A stretch of DNA of 64,000 bases, taken from contig JAZOBE010000015.1 of the NCBI GenBank assembly GCA_045595785.1, positions 6,989-70,988 on the forward strand, in the 5' to 3' direction. Position numbers and translations under genes: made by a program. Position 1 is the first letter of the stretch. Each line of letters starts with the position of its first letter. The stretch is from Eubacteriales bacterium (lineage in GTDB: Bacteria; Bacillota; Clostridia; Oscillospirales; CAG-382). This document shows positions 28,660 to 38,068 of the stretch, piece by piece. Under the pieces are notes generated by a model. It did no database searches, was not told the DNA's origin, and was given only the letters and a program-made list of their open reading frames with translations.

Positions 28660-29833
28660 AAAGAATCTCGCTTCTCAACGCAATATTTTTGTTTATCACA
28701 ACGCGCGCTTTAAGTAAGTGCGCGTTGTTTTTTTTATCAAACAAGTGCTCTGTTTCCATACTTGTAATTTCGCCGTCTGCCTCTTTTTCAAGCCAAGTTA
28801 AAAAACGCTTTTCCGCTTCTCGTTTTGCTTCTTCCGCGGTTATTTCGTATTCTTTTTGGATGTATTCCTTGTATATCGCTTTTGATATTCTGAAGGGAAG
28901 CTTTAATCCGAAAAGTGTAATATTTTTTTCTTCGGCAACAATATCATATTTTTCATATCCCGTTTCTTCTGTAAAGAATAAAGAAATGGGGAAACCAAGC
29001 ACAAAAAGCTGTGCTTTTTCTTTTGTTTTTCCCGTGTAGCTTTTTCCCGTTTTGTTAAGCGGTATTTCAAAGCATACATTCTCTGTAACGTCTGCATAAA
29101 CGTATCCCTTTGCGTTTACCAGCTTGTATGCTCCGTATCGGTTTTCAACAATTCCGTTTATAAGTAATTGCCCTTCGGTAACCACGTCGCCAATCTTTAT
29201 TTCAGGGTGCCCCTCCGCCGCAATTACGTTGGTTATTATTCCGTCCTGCTTTGCCACCAGATTGCAGTACCCGTCGGATGGAAACTCTTCTTTCGGCATA
29301 TAAACTCTTTCAATAACGTCAACGGTGGCAACAGTACCTTTAATATTTATAGCAAGAGAAGAAAGCGGTGTATAATCAAGCAAAATGTATTCCGCCGTGC
29401 GGTCGGCATCAAGATTTGGGATAAAGGTTCCCTCCTTTATTCCGTGGGAAAACAATACTTTTTTTATTTCTTCCGTGCTTATATTCACGTTACCCGTCAC
29501 TTTTATTTCCCATACGAACATAGAGGTGTATAACAGTATTGCCGCTCCCAACAAAATTCCCAAATATATCCCGTACCGCTTTCTGTAACGTGACACTATG
29601 AAGGGGAGTCCCTTTCTTTCTGTTATAACCGCCTCTGCCCCTGCTTCGGCGGCGGCAGCAATAAAAGCTTCACAAGAAAAAAGGGAAACCTTTACGGTTA
29701 TATAATCGTCCTCTGCAATAGGTGAAAAGAAAAAGATTCCTTTTTTACGGCAGTGCTCAAAAACCATCGGTGCTTGGTGGGCGGGAAGGGATAGGGTATA
29801 GGATCCGAATATACTACGTAACGGTCGGTTCAT
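28637..29833 (-). CDS. yqfD: Sporulation protein YqfD
   Basis: KGLPF...RKR, TM segment, FVWEIKVTGN, NIKGT, NLVAKQDGII, GDVVTEGQLLING; follows yqfC. Confidence 0.88.
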   Translation of the reverse strand: MNRPLRSIFGSYTLSLPAHQAPMVFEHCRKKGIFFFSPIAEDDYITVKVSLFSCEAFIAAAAEAGAEAVITERKGLPFIVSRYRKRYGIYLGILLGAAILLYTSMFVWEIKVTGNVNISTEEIKKVLFSHGIKEGTFIPNLDADRTAEYILLDYTPLSSLAINIKGTVATVDVIERVYMPKEEFPSDGYCNLVAKQDGIITNVIAAEGHPEIKIGDVVTEGQLLINGIVENRYGAYKLVNAKGYVYADVTENVCFEIPLNKTGKSYTGKTKEKAQLFVLGFPISLFFTEETGYEKYDIVAEEKNITLFGLKLPFRISKAIYKEYIQKEYEITAEEAKREAEKRFLTWLEKEADGEITSMETEHLFDKKNNAHLLKARVVINKNIALRSEILFTPPNKP

Positions 29834-30053
29834 ATTTCACACCTCGTATTATTCCGTCAATACTTATCTTGTCGCCGGTCAGGTAATGCATTTTCAGGTT
29901 TTTTCCGTATACGGTAAGAGTAAGCTTTTTTCCTTGAAGTACAATTATATCCTTGCCGTATTCAAGCATTTTCCCATATCCGTCGGCACACAGAAAGGTA
30001 TTTCCCCGTATCTCAAGAAAGGTTCCAAATAAACTGTCGGGTGTTTTTTTCAT
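29814..30053 (-). CDS. yqfC: YabP/YqfC family sporulation protein
   Basis: EIRGN...MLEY...LTVYGKNL...ISIDGIIRGVKY; upstream of and overlapping yqfD; GGGAGG RBS. Confidence 0.82.
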   Translation of the reverse strand: MKKTPDSLFGTFLEIRGNTFLCADGYGKMLEYGKDIIVLQGKKLTLTVYGKNLKMHYLTGDKISIDGIIRGVKYEPTVT

Positions 30054-30099
30054 ATTTCAACCGCCTCCCATATATATTTATTATGGGAGGTGCGCCTTT

Positions 30100-30990
30100 A
30101 TGAATACGACCTTGCGCCGCTTTTTCGGAATGGGAATAAACGGCTTTTTTGTTTTGCTGTTTATATATCTGCTTGCCCGTCCGGAACTGGCAAGTATATC
30201 CTCCAAAAACGCCGTCTCCTTTTGTATAAGCAGTATCATACCGTCGCTTTATATATACTTGGTGCTGTCGCAGCGTATCGTCGCCATAAGCGGAGTTTCA
30301 AAGCTGTGTGCCAACAAGGTGTGGGGCGGAGTATTCGTTGTGTTACTGGGCTTTTTGTGCGGTTATCCGTCGGGCGCCCGAAATTGCGTTTATTTGTATG
30401 AAAACGGGCTGATATCCCGCAAAAAAGGGGAATACCTTTGTTGTATAAGCGGCAGTGCCTCCCTTTCCTTTATACTTACTTTTGCAGGCGCTCAAATACT
30501 TGAAAGCAGAATACGCGGATTAAAGCTTGCATTGTTTCAAATTCTTGCCGCTGTAATTACGGCGGTCATACTTTATCCGTTTCTGCTTAAGGGAGACGCC
30601 TTCGTTTTGTCGGAAAGCATAAAAAAACGTCCCCGTTCAACAGGATTGACGGAGGCGATTTCAGATTCCGCTTATCTTATGGTGCGTATATGCGGATTTA
30701 TATGCACCTTTTTTGTTTTTGGCGGAATAGCGGAGAATATTCTGCCCAGCGACAGTATCTGGGGTGTGGTTATAAGAGGAATGTTAGAGTTTTCGGGCGG
30801 AATCTACAGCGCATCCAAATTCAGTATAGAAACAAGGGAGGTATTGTGCAGCTTGTTTTTGGGGTTCGGGTCGCTGTCAGCCATAATGCAGACCGCATCC
30901 GTTATTAAAGGCGTATTCTCACTAAAACCTTTTTTGATTTCAAGATTTATCATAGCATCGCTTATGACGGTTTTCGCCTTGCTTACTTGA
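30100..30990 (+). CDS. Sporulation integral membrane protein, YlbJ-like (shortened)
   Basis: IIPSL, GFLCGYPSGA, ICGFI..F, GMLEFSGG, LGFGSLSAIMQ. GGGAGG RBS before ATG 30100. Confidence 0.78.
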   Translation: MNTTLRRFFGMGINGFFVLLFIYLLARPELASISSKNAVSFCISSIIPSLYIYLVLSQRIVAISGVSKLCANKVWGGVFVVLLGFLCGYPSGARNCVYLYENGLISRKKGEYLCCISGSASLSFILTFAGAQILESRIRGLKLALFQILAAVITAVILYPFLLKGDAFVLSESIKKRPRSTGLTEAISDSAYLMVRICGFICTFFVFGGIAENILPSDSIWGVVIRGMLEFSGGIYSASKFSIETREVLCSLFLGFGSLSAIMQTASVIKGVFSLKPFLISRFIIASLMTVFALLT

Positions 30991-31015
30991 CAAAACGAGG
31001 AATAGGTCGTATAAT
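30987..31015 (+). promoter_or_regulatory. Perfect-consensus sigmaA promoter
   Basis: TTGACA-17 nt-TATAAT, overlapping the ylbJ-like stop codon. Confidence 0.75.
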
Positions 31016-31033
31016 AAGGACGAGGTGAAAAAA

Positions 31034-31228
31034 ATGTCCGCATCTGTCGATAAAAGCTGTATCAACTGCATACATTCCAACGGCGAATTTGAAGGCTGTT
31101 ATTGCGTACATAAGGGCGCAGTGTCTGCCCACGGCAACTGTCGCAAGTATAAGCTTGACCTGCTTAAAATAAAGCCTCGTCCTCCCATTAATTTGAATAC
31201 ACAAGATATCAGTATCGAAGCTATATAA
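31034..31228 (+). CDS. Small Cys/His-rich hypothetical protein (64 aa)
   Basis: GAGGTG RBS, CINCIH...CYC.HKG.V...CRKY, own promoter and terminator. Confidence 0.72.
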   Translation: MSASVDKSCINCIHSNGEFEGCYCVHKGAVSAHGNCRKYKLDLLKIKPRPPINLNTQDISIEAI

Positions 31229-31250
31229 ACAAAAATCTTTCAGCTATTCT

Positions 31251-31289
31251 AAAACAGCCTTAGCTCCCAACGGGAGAGAAGGCTGTTTT
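31251..31289 (+). terminator. Intrinsic terminator
   Basis: AAAACAGCCTT...AAGGCTGTTTT with inner CTCCC/GGGAG stem. Confidence 0.7.
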
Positions 31290-31314
31290 GTGTTTTACGG
31301 GAATGATAAAGCTA

Positions 31315-31371
31315 TTGACAAATCTATTTTTGTGTGATAAAATATCAAACGATATATAACATAAGATATAT
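31315..31371 (+). promoter_or_regulatory. sigmaA promoter plus candidate TetR operator
   Basis: TTGACA-17 nt-TAAAAT (31315-31343); imperfect palindrome ATATAAC-ATAA-GATATAT (31354-31371). Confidence 0.55.
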
Positions 31372-31386
31372 TAATGGAGGTGCGCT

Positions 31387-31950
31387 ATGCCGCCGAAAGT
31401 AAGAATTACAAAAGAAGATATTATTAATGCTGCGGTGGAGCTTGTAAGAGAAAACGGGGAAGGGGCAGTAAATGCAAGAGCTGTCGCTGCAGCTTTGAAT
31501 TGCTCCACACAGCCTGTGTTTTCTAACTTTGATACTATGGATGAACTGCAAAAAGCTATGTTAAATGCAGTGTACGACCGCTATCGGGGGTTTATTAAAA
31601 ACGAGGTCGAAAGCGGACAGTATCCCACATATAAAGCCTTTGGCATGGCATATATTCGCTTTGCTAAAGAAGAAAAGGAGCTGTTTAAGCTGATCTTTAT
31701 GCGAGACAGAACCGGAGAGGATATGTCTCCCACGTTGGACTTCGAGGAGTCCGCTCAAATGATTATGAAAGCAAGCGGTGTAACTATAGAAAAGGCAAGA
31801 TTAATGCACTTGGAGATATGGACTTGCGTTCACGGAATCGGAACAATGCTTGCCACATCCTTTTTACCCCTTGAGCGGGAGCTTATCAGCGATATGCTTA
31901 CCGATGTGTATCATGGGATACGCGCGCGTCACCTTACGGAGGAAAAGTAA
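31387..31950 (+). CDS. TetR/AcrR family transcriptional regulator
   Basis: N-terminal HTH NARAVAAALNCSTQPVFSNF; GMAYIRFAKEE; VHG. Confidence 0.92.
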   Translation: MPPKVRITKEDIINAAVELVRENGEGAVNARAVAAALNCSTQPVFSNFDTMDELQKAMLNAVYDRYRGFIKNEVESGQYPTYKAFGMAYIRFAKEEKELFKLIFMRDRTGEDMSPTLDFEESAQMIMKASGVTIEKARLMHLEIWTCVHGIGTMLATSFLPLERELISDMLTDVYHGIRARHLTEEK

Positions 31951-31951
31951 A

Positions 31952-32680
31952 ATGTATGCAATAAAAACAGACGGTCTTACAAAGCGGTACCGCGATATTA
32001 CAGCCGTCGATAAACTGTCGCTTTGTGTCAAAGAGGGAGAATTATTTTCTCTTTTGGGAGTAAACGGCGCCGGAAAAACCACAACTATAAAAATGCTTTC
32101 TTGCCTTACGGCACCCACAAGCGGAGATGCTTTTCTGAACGGAAAAAGTATTTGCAACGATTCTGCCTCCGTAAAATCAATTATAGCCGTTTCACCGCAG
32201 GAAACTGCGGTTGCGCCCGGACTGTCCGTTGGCGAAAATCTTGAACTTATGTGCGGTGTTTACGGGTTTTCAAAGAATAAGCAAAAAGAGAAAATAAATG
32301 AACTTACCAAACTGCTTGGACTTGAAAGTGTATTAAAAAGGAAAGCAGGTAAGCTATCAGGCGGCTGGCAGAGGCGTTTAAGTATAGCAATGGCACTTAT
32401 CAGTGAGCCTAAAATTCTTTTTCTCGATGAACCTACTCTCGGTCTTGACGTTATTGCGCGGAGCGAGCTTTGGCAGCTTATTCGTTCCTTAAAAGGCAAG
32501 ATTACGATTATTCTAACTACACACTATATGGAAGAAGCCGAGTCGCTTTCCGACCGTATTGGGATTATGAAGGACGGCAGGCTTATAATATGTGATACCG
32601 CAGAAAAGATAAAGGAATCTGCAAATACGGAAAGCTTTGAGCAAGCGTTTGTACGTATTGTCAAGGGGGTGGCACAATGA
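31952..32680 (+). CDS. ABC-2 type exporter ATP-binding protein
   Basis: GVNGAGKTT, LSGGWQRR, LFLDEPT, TTH. Confidence 0.94.
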   Translation: MYAIKTDGLTKRYRDITAVDKLSLCVKEGELFSLLGVNGAGKTTTIKMLSCLTAPTSGDAFLNGKSICNDSASVKSIIAVSPQETAVAPGLSVGENLELMCGVYGFSKNKQKEKINELTKLLGLESVLKRKAGKLSGGWQRRLSIAMALISEPKILFLDEPTLGLDVIARSELWQLIRSLKGKITIILTTHYMEEAESLSDRIGIMKDGRLIICDTAEKIKESANTESFEQAFVRIVKGVAQ

Positions 32681-33408
32681 GAATGTTCACTTTTGCGAAG
32701 AGAAATGCAAAAGAGATTGTTCGGGATCCGTTGAACATTTGCTTTGGTTTGGGCTTTCCGCTCGTCTTGATTTTACTGCTAAGCGCAATTCAGGCAAACG
32801 TGCCTGTTCCTTTGTTTGAGATAGAGCATTTAACTCCCGGAATTATTGTGTTCGGACTTTCGTTTATGACTCTCTTTTCCGCAACGCTGATTTCCAAGGA
32901 TAGGGGCAGTTCGTTGCTTCAGAGATTATATACAACTCCTCTTACACCCATTGATTTTATTCTGGGGTATACTTTGCCTATCATTCCCTTCGCCGCGGCG
33001 CAAGGTACGGTCTGCTATATAGTTGCTATACTGCTCGGACTTGATATAACAGTCAATATCGTATTTGCCGTTCTTGCTGTCATACCTATATCTATCCTTT
33101 TCATTGCACTTGGTTTACTGTTCGGCAGTATTTTGAAGGATAAACAAGTAGGCGGAATATGCGGAGGATTGCTTACAAATCTTACAGCGTGGATGTCGGG
33201 CGCTTGGTTTGACCTTGAGCTCGTGGGCGGTATATTCAAGAAAATAGCATACGCATTGCCCTTTGTTCATGCCGTGGAAGCGGAACGTGCCGTGCTTTCC
33301 GGAAATTATGCTGATATATTCCCTCATTTATGGTGGGTATTGGGATATGGGGCAGCTGCGCTTACCATAGCTGTGCTTTTGTTCTTGCGACAAATGAGAA
33401 AGCAATAG
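32677..33408 (+). CDS. ABC-2 type exporter permease
   Basis: Six TM segments, RDP, RLYTTPL, SGAWF, LPFVHAV; ATGA overlap with the ATPase gene. Confidence 0.9.
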   Translation: MRMFTFAKRNAKEIVRDPLNICFGLGFPLVLILLLSAIQANVPVPLFEIEHLTPGIIVFGLSFMTLFSATLISKDRGSSLLQRLYTTPLTPIDFILGYTLPIIPFAAAQGTVCYIVAILLGLDITVNIVFAVLAVIPISILFIALGLLFGSILKDKQVGGICGGLLTNLTAWMSGAWFDLELVGGIFKKIAYALPFVHAVEAERAVLSGNYADIFPHLWWVLGYGAAALTIAVLLFLRQMRKQ

Positions 33409-33411
33409 TAA

Positions 33412-33444
33412 TAAAACCCTCGCACAAACTGTGCGAGGGTTTTA
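33412..33444. terminator. Bidirectional terminator
   Basis: TAAAACCCTCGCACA-AAC-TGTGCGAGGGTTTTA. Confidence 0.8.
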
Positions 33445-33445
33445 A

Positions 33446-33898
33446 TCATTTTATGATTTCATAGCCTTGTTTTGTGTAGTGAGCGTCTTCGTATTGTTCT
33501 GTAAGCAGAGAAAGGCTTTCAAAATGCACGGAATTATTGATAACGCACACCATACATGCAGTTTCATCGTTAGAAACCAACGAATATATCTTTTTAACCG
33601 ACCTTATATCATAATAATCCATAGCGTCCTTATATCCGTACACCGTTTCGTAAAACTCACAGGTGTATTCCTTGATAGCCCCGTTTTCCTCTACATAAAT
33701 GAGGTAAACGATGCAATCCAGTGCGGTATCATAAGGCTTTTTTACTACCAGCTTTTCCTCGTCTGAAACACCGATATCCGCAATAATACTTTCCATTCTT
33801 TCGTCGGAACGGGAAATATCATCGTCGGAATATCCTTCGCATGAGGTAAAAATCAGGCAGAATAAAACAAGCAAAATAATAAATATTTGCTTTTTCAT
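33446..33898 (-). CDS. Hypothetical lipoprotein
   Basis: MKKQ plus hydrophobic stretch plus lipobox FTSC; TAATG overlap with asd. Confidence 0.75.
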   Translation of the reverse strand: MKKQIFIILLVLFCLIFTSCEGYSDDDISRSDERMESIIADIGVSDEEKLVVKKPYDTALDCIVYLIYVEENGAIKEYTCEFYETVYGYKDAMDYYDIRSVKKIYSLVSNDETACMVCVINNSVHFESLSLLTEQYEDAHYTKQGYEIIK

Positions 33899-34971
33899 TA
33901 GTCAAGTAATCCCTTTGCGTAAAGGAATTCTGCAGTAAGAAGTCCGCCGCCTGCCGCACCGCGGAGGGTATTGTGGGACAGACATACAAACTTGTAGTCA
34001 AAGATGGGGTCCTTGCGGAGTCTGCCTACGCAGATGCCCATGCCGCCCTCGGTATTACGGTCAACACCGGTCTGGGGACGGTTATCTTCTTCAAAATAGG
34101 TTATAAACTGCTTGGGTGCAGAGGGAAGGCCGAGCTTCTGAGGCTCGCCCTTATATTCTGCCCACGCCTTAAGGATCTCCTCTTCCGTGGGAGGATTCTT
34201 GAACTTTACTGATACGGTTGCAAGATGTCCGTCGGAAACGGGAACACGAACGCACTGGGCGGAAATAATAGGGTTAGCCGCATTAACGATAACTCCGTCT
34301 TCTACCTTACCCCAAACCTTAAGAGGTTCTTTTTCGCTCTTCTCTTCTTCACCGCCGATGAAGGGAATGATATTATCCAGAATGCCCTCAAAGCTTTCAA
34401 GAGTTTTGCCGGCGCCGGAAACAGCCTGATAAGTGCTTACATTGATATACTCGATACCGCAATCGAGAAGGGGAGTGAGTGCGGGAACGTAGGTCTGAAT
34501 AGAGCAATTGGGCTTAACGGCGATATAGCCTCTCTTTGTGCCCAGACGCTTTTTCTGTGCCTCGATAACCTCGGTGTGATCGGGGTTAACTTCGGGAATA
34601 AACATAGGTACGTCGGGAGTGCCGCGGTTTGCAGAGTTGTTGGAAACAACGATTAACTCTGCCTTTGCGTAGATTTCTTCAAGGTTTTTTGTGTACGCTT
34701 TATCCATATCGATAGCGCAGAATACGAAATCGCACTTTTCTTTGATTGTTTCAATATCTTCGGAATCGATTATCTCCATACCCTTAACGTATTCGGGCAT
34801 AGGGAGGGGAACGCGCCATCTGTTACCAATGGCCTCTTCATATTTCTTTCCTGCACTTCTGGAGGAAGCTGCAAGGCAAGTAACGTCAAAATAAGGGTGG
34901 TTTTCAAGTAAGGTAATAAAGCGCTGACCTACCATACCGGTTGCGCCAACAATACCGGCTCTTTTTTTCAT
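33898..34971 (-). CDS. asd: Aspartate-semialdehyde dehydrogenase
   Basis: GATGMVGQ, PEVN, KPNCS (catalytic Cys), QAVSGAG, RVPVSDGH, HNTLRGAAG. Confidence 0.96.
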   Translation of the reverse strand: MKKRAGIVGATGMVGQRFITLLENHPYFDVTCLAASSRSAGKKYEEAIGNRWRVPLPMPEYVKGMEIIDSEDIETIKEKCDFVFCAIDMDKAYTKNLEEIYAKAELIVVSNNSANRGTPDVPMFIPEVNPDHTEVIEAQKKRLGTKRGYIAVKPNCSIQTYVPALTPLLDCGIEYINVSTYQAVSGAGKTLESFEGILDNIIPFIGGEEEKSEKEPLKVWGKVEDGVIVNAANPIISAQCVRVPVSDGHLATVSVKFKNPPTEEEILKAWAEYKGEPQKLGLPSAPKQFITYFEEDNRPQTGVDRNTEGGMGICVGRLRKDPIFDYKFVCLSHNTLRGAAGGGLLTAEFLYAKGLLD

Positions 34972-34989
34972 GGTGATTGTTTTCCTTTG

Positions 34990-35463
34990 CTAAATAAGAT
35001 CTTTGTATATACCGGGCACGCTGTCTTCTATAACAGTTGCACCGGACATTTTGTTATAAAAGTTTACGGGACCTGCGCTACCTATAATAGCATAAGCATA
35101 GCCCTCGTCGCGCATAGCCTCCATACAGCGGAGGAACAGCGCACCGCCAATTCCCTTGCCGCGCTGGGTCTCATCAACACCGGTGGGACCAAAGAAATCA
35201 CGGTATGTACAGTCATAGCCTGCAAATCCCAAAATCTTCTTTTCGTTTACATCATATGCAATAAAGCAGCTTACGGGGAATTTTGTGAAAGCGGCAGAGA
35301 TTTCATCAGACCAGCCGTCGCCAAACTGCTGTCTTACCCATTCAACTACCTTTGTCTTGTTGGGAGTCATAGGACGGATTATTTCAATACCGTATTCCTT
35401 TAATTTTTTATAAAGCTCTGTGGAATCGGGAAGTTCGTAAAGCTTAACGAGCATATCGGGCAT
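34990..35463 (-). CDS. GNAT family N-acetyltransferase
   Basis: FFGPTGVDETQRGKGIG acetyl-CoA-binding motif; FY.K. Confidence 0.9.
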   Translation of the reverse strand: MPDMLVKLYELPDSTELYKKLKEYGIEIIRPMTPNKTKVVEWVRQQFGDGWSDEISAAFTKFPVSCFIAYDVNEKKILGFAGYDCTYRDFFGPTGVDETQRGKGIGGALFLRCMEAMRDEGYAYAIIGSAGPVNFYNKMSGATVIEDSVPGIYKDLI

Positions 35464-35501
35464 AGCTGAATACTCCTTTATATAAAAATAATTATTATTT
35501 T

Positions 35502-35529
35502 GGGGACGGATAGAATATCTTCCGTCCCC
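35502..35529 (-). terminator. Hairpin after the LRR gene
   Basis: GGGGACGGA...TCCGTCCCC, weak U-tract. Confidence 0.55.
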
Positions 35530-35546
35530 TTAACTTTGGTTTTTAT

Positions 35547-37256
35547 TTATTTGGAAGCTTCGTCGGAAACGTCCTTGGAGGTATCTTCCTTGGAGGTCTC
35601 GTTCTTGTCACCCTTGTTGGGAGTGTTGTTGTCCTTGGTGATGGTAGCCTTGGTGTAACCTTCAAGAGGCTTCCAATCGGTGATAAGGTTGGACTTAAGG
35701 TTGATGGTCTTGATAGTGTCCTTAGCGAACGCATCCTTCATAGCGGTGATATCAGCGATCTTGTTGCCGGAAAGGTTGATAGAGGTAACCTTCTTCTTGC
35801 TGCCGATCTTGGAGATATCGGAGATGCTGTTTTCGGAAAGGTCAATAGAGGTGAGCTTCTCAAGCTTTTCAATAGCAGCGATATCAGTAACCTTGCTGTT
35901 GTTGATAACCAGAGTGGTAAGCTCCTTCATACCTGCGATAACAGAAATGTCGCTTACGTTGGTGTAGCTGATGTTAAGGGACTCAAGCTTGGTCATATCC
36001 TTAAGCGCACTGATATCGGTGAGCTTTTCAGCCTTGTTGTCCTTATCGAATACCAGACCGAGAGTGGTAAGGTTCTTAAGCGAAGCGATGGGGGACAGGT
36101 CGATAATACCCTTGTTGCCGGAAAGGTCAAGACCTTCAAGAGTGGTAAGACCGGAAAGTGCAGAAAGGTCTGAAAGGTTGTTATCGGAAGCATCAAGAGT
36201 TTCAATAACGGGAGACTTAACGTCAATAGTCTTGATATCGTTATCGTTGATGTAGAGAGACTTAAGGTTCTTCAGGTTAAGAGAAACCTCGGTAAGCTTG
36301 TTGCCGGTAGCGGAAATGTTAACCAGCTTGGAGTTCTCGCTGAATGCGGGAAGCTTTTCAACCTTGTTGGAGGAGAACTCAAGAGTTTCAAGAGCAGTAA
36401 GCTTTTCTACGCCTGCAAGAGAGGTGAGAGAGTTGGTGCCAACGTAGAGACCGAGAAGCTTGGTAGCCTTATCAATACCTTCGATGGTGGTAAGCTTACA
36501 GTTGGAAGCGTCAAGAACAAGGAGGTTATCAAAAGCATCGATACCTTCAAGGTTTGCAATGTTGGAGTATGCAACGCCGAGGTACTCAAGCTTGGTAAGA
36601 GCAGAAAGGTCGTTAAGGCTCTTAAGGTCATCGGGAACGATAGCGTTGTAAATGGTGGAAGCTGTAACGGAAGAGGTGGTTCCGGTAAGCTGAGAATACA
36701 TATTTGCGATATAAGTGTTGTAGTTTATATCATAAGCGGTGCTGCTGTCGATAACGGAAAGCACGCGGAGGTTTGCAAACTTAACGATATCTGCAACAGT
36801 AGAGGGAGTTGCATATACCTGAACGGTATCAAACTTAGGCTCGTCGTGAGTGTGAGAAGTGTCGGATTCGTCGTGATCGTGTTCTTCCTCTTCCTCTTCT
36901 TCCTTCTCGTCATTCATAGTAACGGTGTTTTCGATGATATGATCGGCATAATCTGCTCTGCCCAGAGTAATATAGGGGATGGTAACAGTCTGATAACCGT
37001 AGTTGGGATCAGCCTGAACGTAGCAGGAAACTACCATTACTTCAAACTCTTCGAGGTCGCTTGCGTTAATAAAACGTGCGGGAGTTCCAAGTGCGTCTGC
37101 CAATGCACCTGCGAATACCTGATCTTCGAAATAGGTAGAACCGGAAAGGAATTTGTCAACAGCGATCCAAGCGATCATCGCAACAAGGATCACTGCCAAA
37201 GTAAGTGCGATTATCTGCACCACTTTTTTGTCGTTTTTCTTAAATATCTTGCTCAT
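35547..37256 (-). CDS. Membrane-anchored leucine-rich repeat (internalin/SDS22-like) surface protein
   Basis: N-terminal TM segment; about 14 repeats of roughly 22 aa, LxxLxxLxLxxNxIxDIsxL; acidic His-rich patch. Confidence 0.88.
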   Translation of the reverse strand: MSKIFKKNDKKVVQIIALTLAVILVAMIAWIAVDKFLSGSTYFEDQVFAGALADALGTPARFINASDLEEFEVMVVSCYVQADPNYGYQTVTIPYITLGRADYADHIIENTVTMNDEKEEEEEEEHDHDESDTSHTHDEPKFDTVQVYATPSTVADIVKFANLRVLSVIDSSTAYDINYNTYIANMYSQLTGTTSSVTASTIYNAIVPDDLKSLNDLSALTKLEYLGVAYSNIANLEGIDAFDNLLVLDASNCKLTTIEGIDKATKLLGLYVGTNSLTSLAGVEKLTALETLEFSSNKVEKLPAFSENSKLVNISATGNKLTEVSLNLKNLKSLYINDNDIKTIDVKSPVIETLDASDNNLSDLSALSGLTTLEGLDLSGNKGIIDLSPIASLKNLTTLGLVFDKDNKAEKLTDISALKDMTKLESLNISYTNVSDISVIAGMKELTTLVINNSKVTDIAAIEKLEKLTSIDLSENSISDISKIGSKKKVTSINLSGNKIADITAMKDAFAKDTIKTINLKSNLITDWKPLEGYTKATITKDNNTPNKGDKNETSKEDTSKDVSDEASK

Positions 37257-37309
37257 TTTGTTTTTGGGCTCCTTTAAGGATTTTTTTATTATAATGAAAA
37301 TTTTATAAC

Positions 37310-38065
37310 CTATTTTTTGTATGCAAACATTTCGTTGAACAATTCTACGTTTGCGTTATACTCTTCCTTGCTCTTGCCCCACATCAATTCACCGCCGCTT
37401 ACGTCGGGAAAACGGCGTATGCAAACGATGATATCTCCGGGCATGGAGGAAAAGCCGGGGAGAGAATGTATCGCCATATCTTTAAGATATACCGAATATT
37501 CGTCTCTGGGGTTTTCGGGCATATTCGCTTGGTCCAGTACGGTATCAAGAGGGGCAAGCAATCCCATATCTGCGACTCTGTCGTAATAATACTCTTCAAT
37601 AATGTATATTACCGTATCGCCCATGGTTACTTCCAGATTAAACTGCTCAATAGTACCGCCGTCATCGTCGGCATTAATGATTATCTGTGAATACTCAACG
37701 TCACGCGAAGGATCTGCCAGGATTATCTCCCCGTCAGAAACGTAATCGCTTTCCTCAAGAATAGGGTAATCGTGATATCTGGTTTTGGCGGAAATGCTGT
37801 TTACAATAACTATCTTCTCTCCGTCCTCGTTAAAATCAGGGATCATATCCTGCAGAGATTCCTGCAAAAGCTCCTGAACCGAAATGGAAAGATCCAGCGG
37901 GCCGACGTACAGAATGTTCGTGTCCGGCTCATCTTTTCTTACCATAGAGACAACAGAGAATATCAGCAGTACAATAACTGCCGCAATGCTTAGTATAAGC
38001 CACTTGTGGGACCACCACAAATGCTCTAACTTTAAGCGGAGTTCACTTTTGTTTTTTTCTTCCAT
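37310..38065 (-). CDS. Hypothetical single-TM membrane-anchored protein
   Basis: KLEHLWWSHKW then TM segment then acidic extracellular domain (GLLAPL, reminiscent of solute-binding proteins). Confidence 0.78.
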   Translation of the reverse strand: MEEKNKSELRLKLEHLWWSHKWLILSIAAVIVLLIFSVVSMVRKDEPDTNILYVGPLDLSISVQELLQESLQDMIPDFNEDGEKIVIVNSISAKTRYHDYPILEESDYVSDGEIILADPSRDVEYSQIIINADDDGGTIEQFNLEVTMGDTVIYIIEEYYYDRVADMGLLAPLDTVLDQANMPENPRDEYSVYLKDMAIHSLPGFSSMPGDIIVCIRRFPDVSGGELMWGKSKEEYNANVELFNEMFAYKK

Positions 38066-38068
38066 AAT

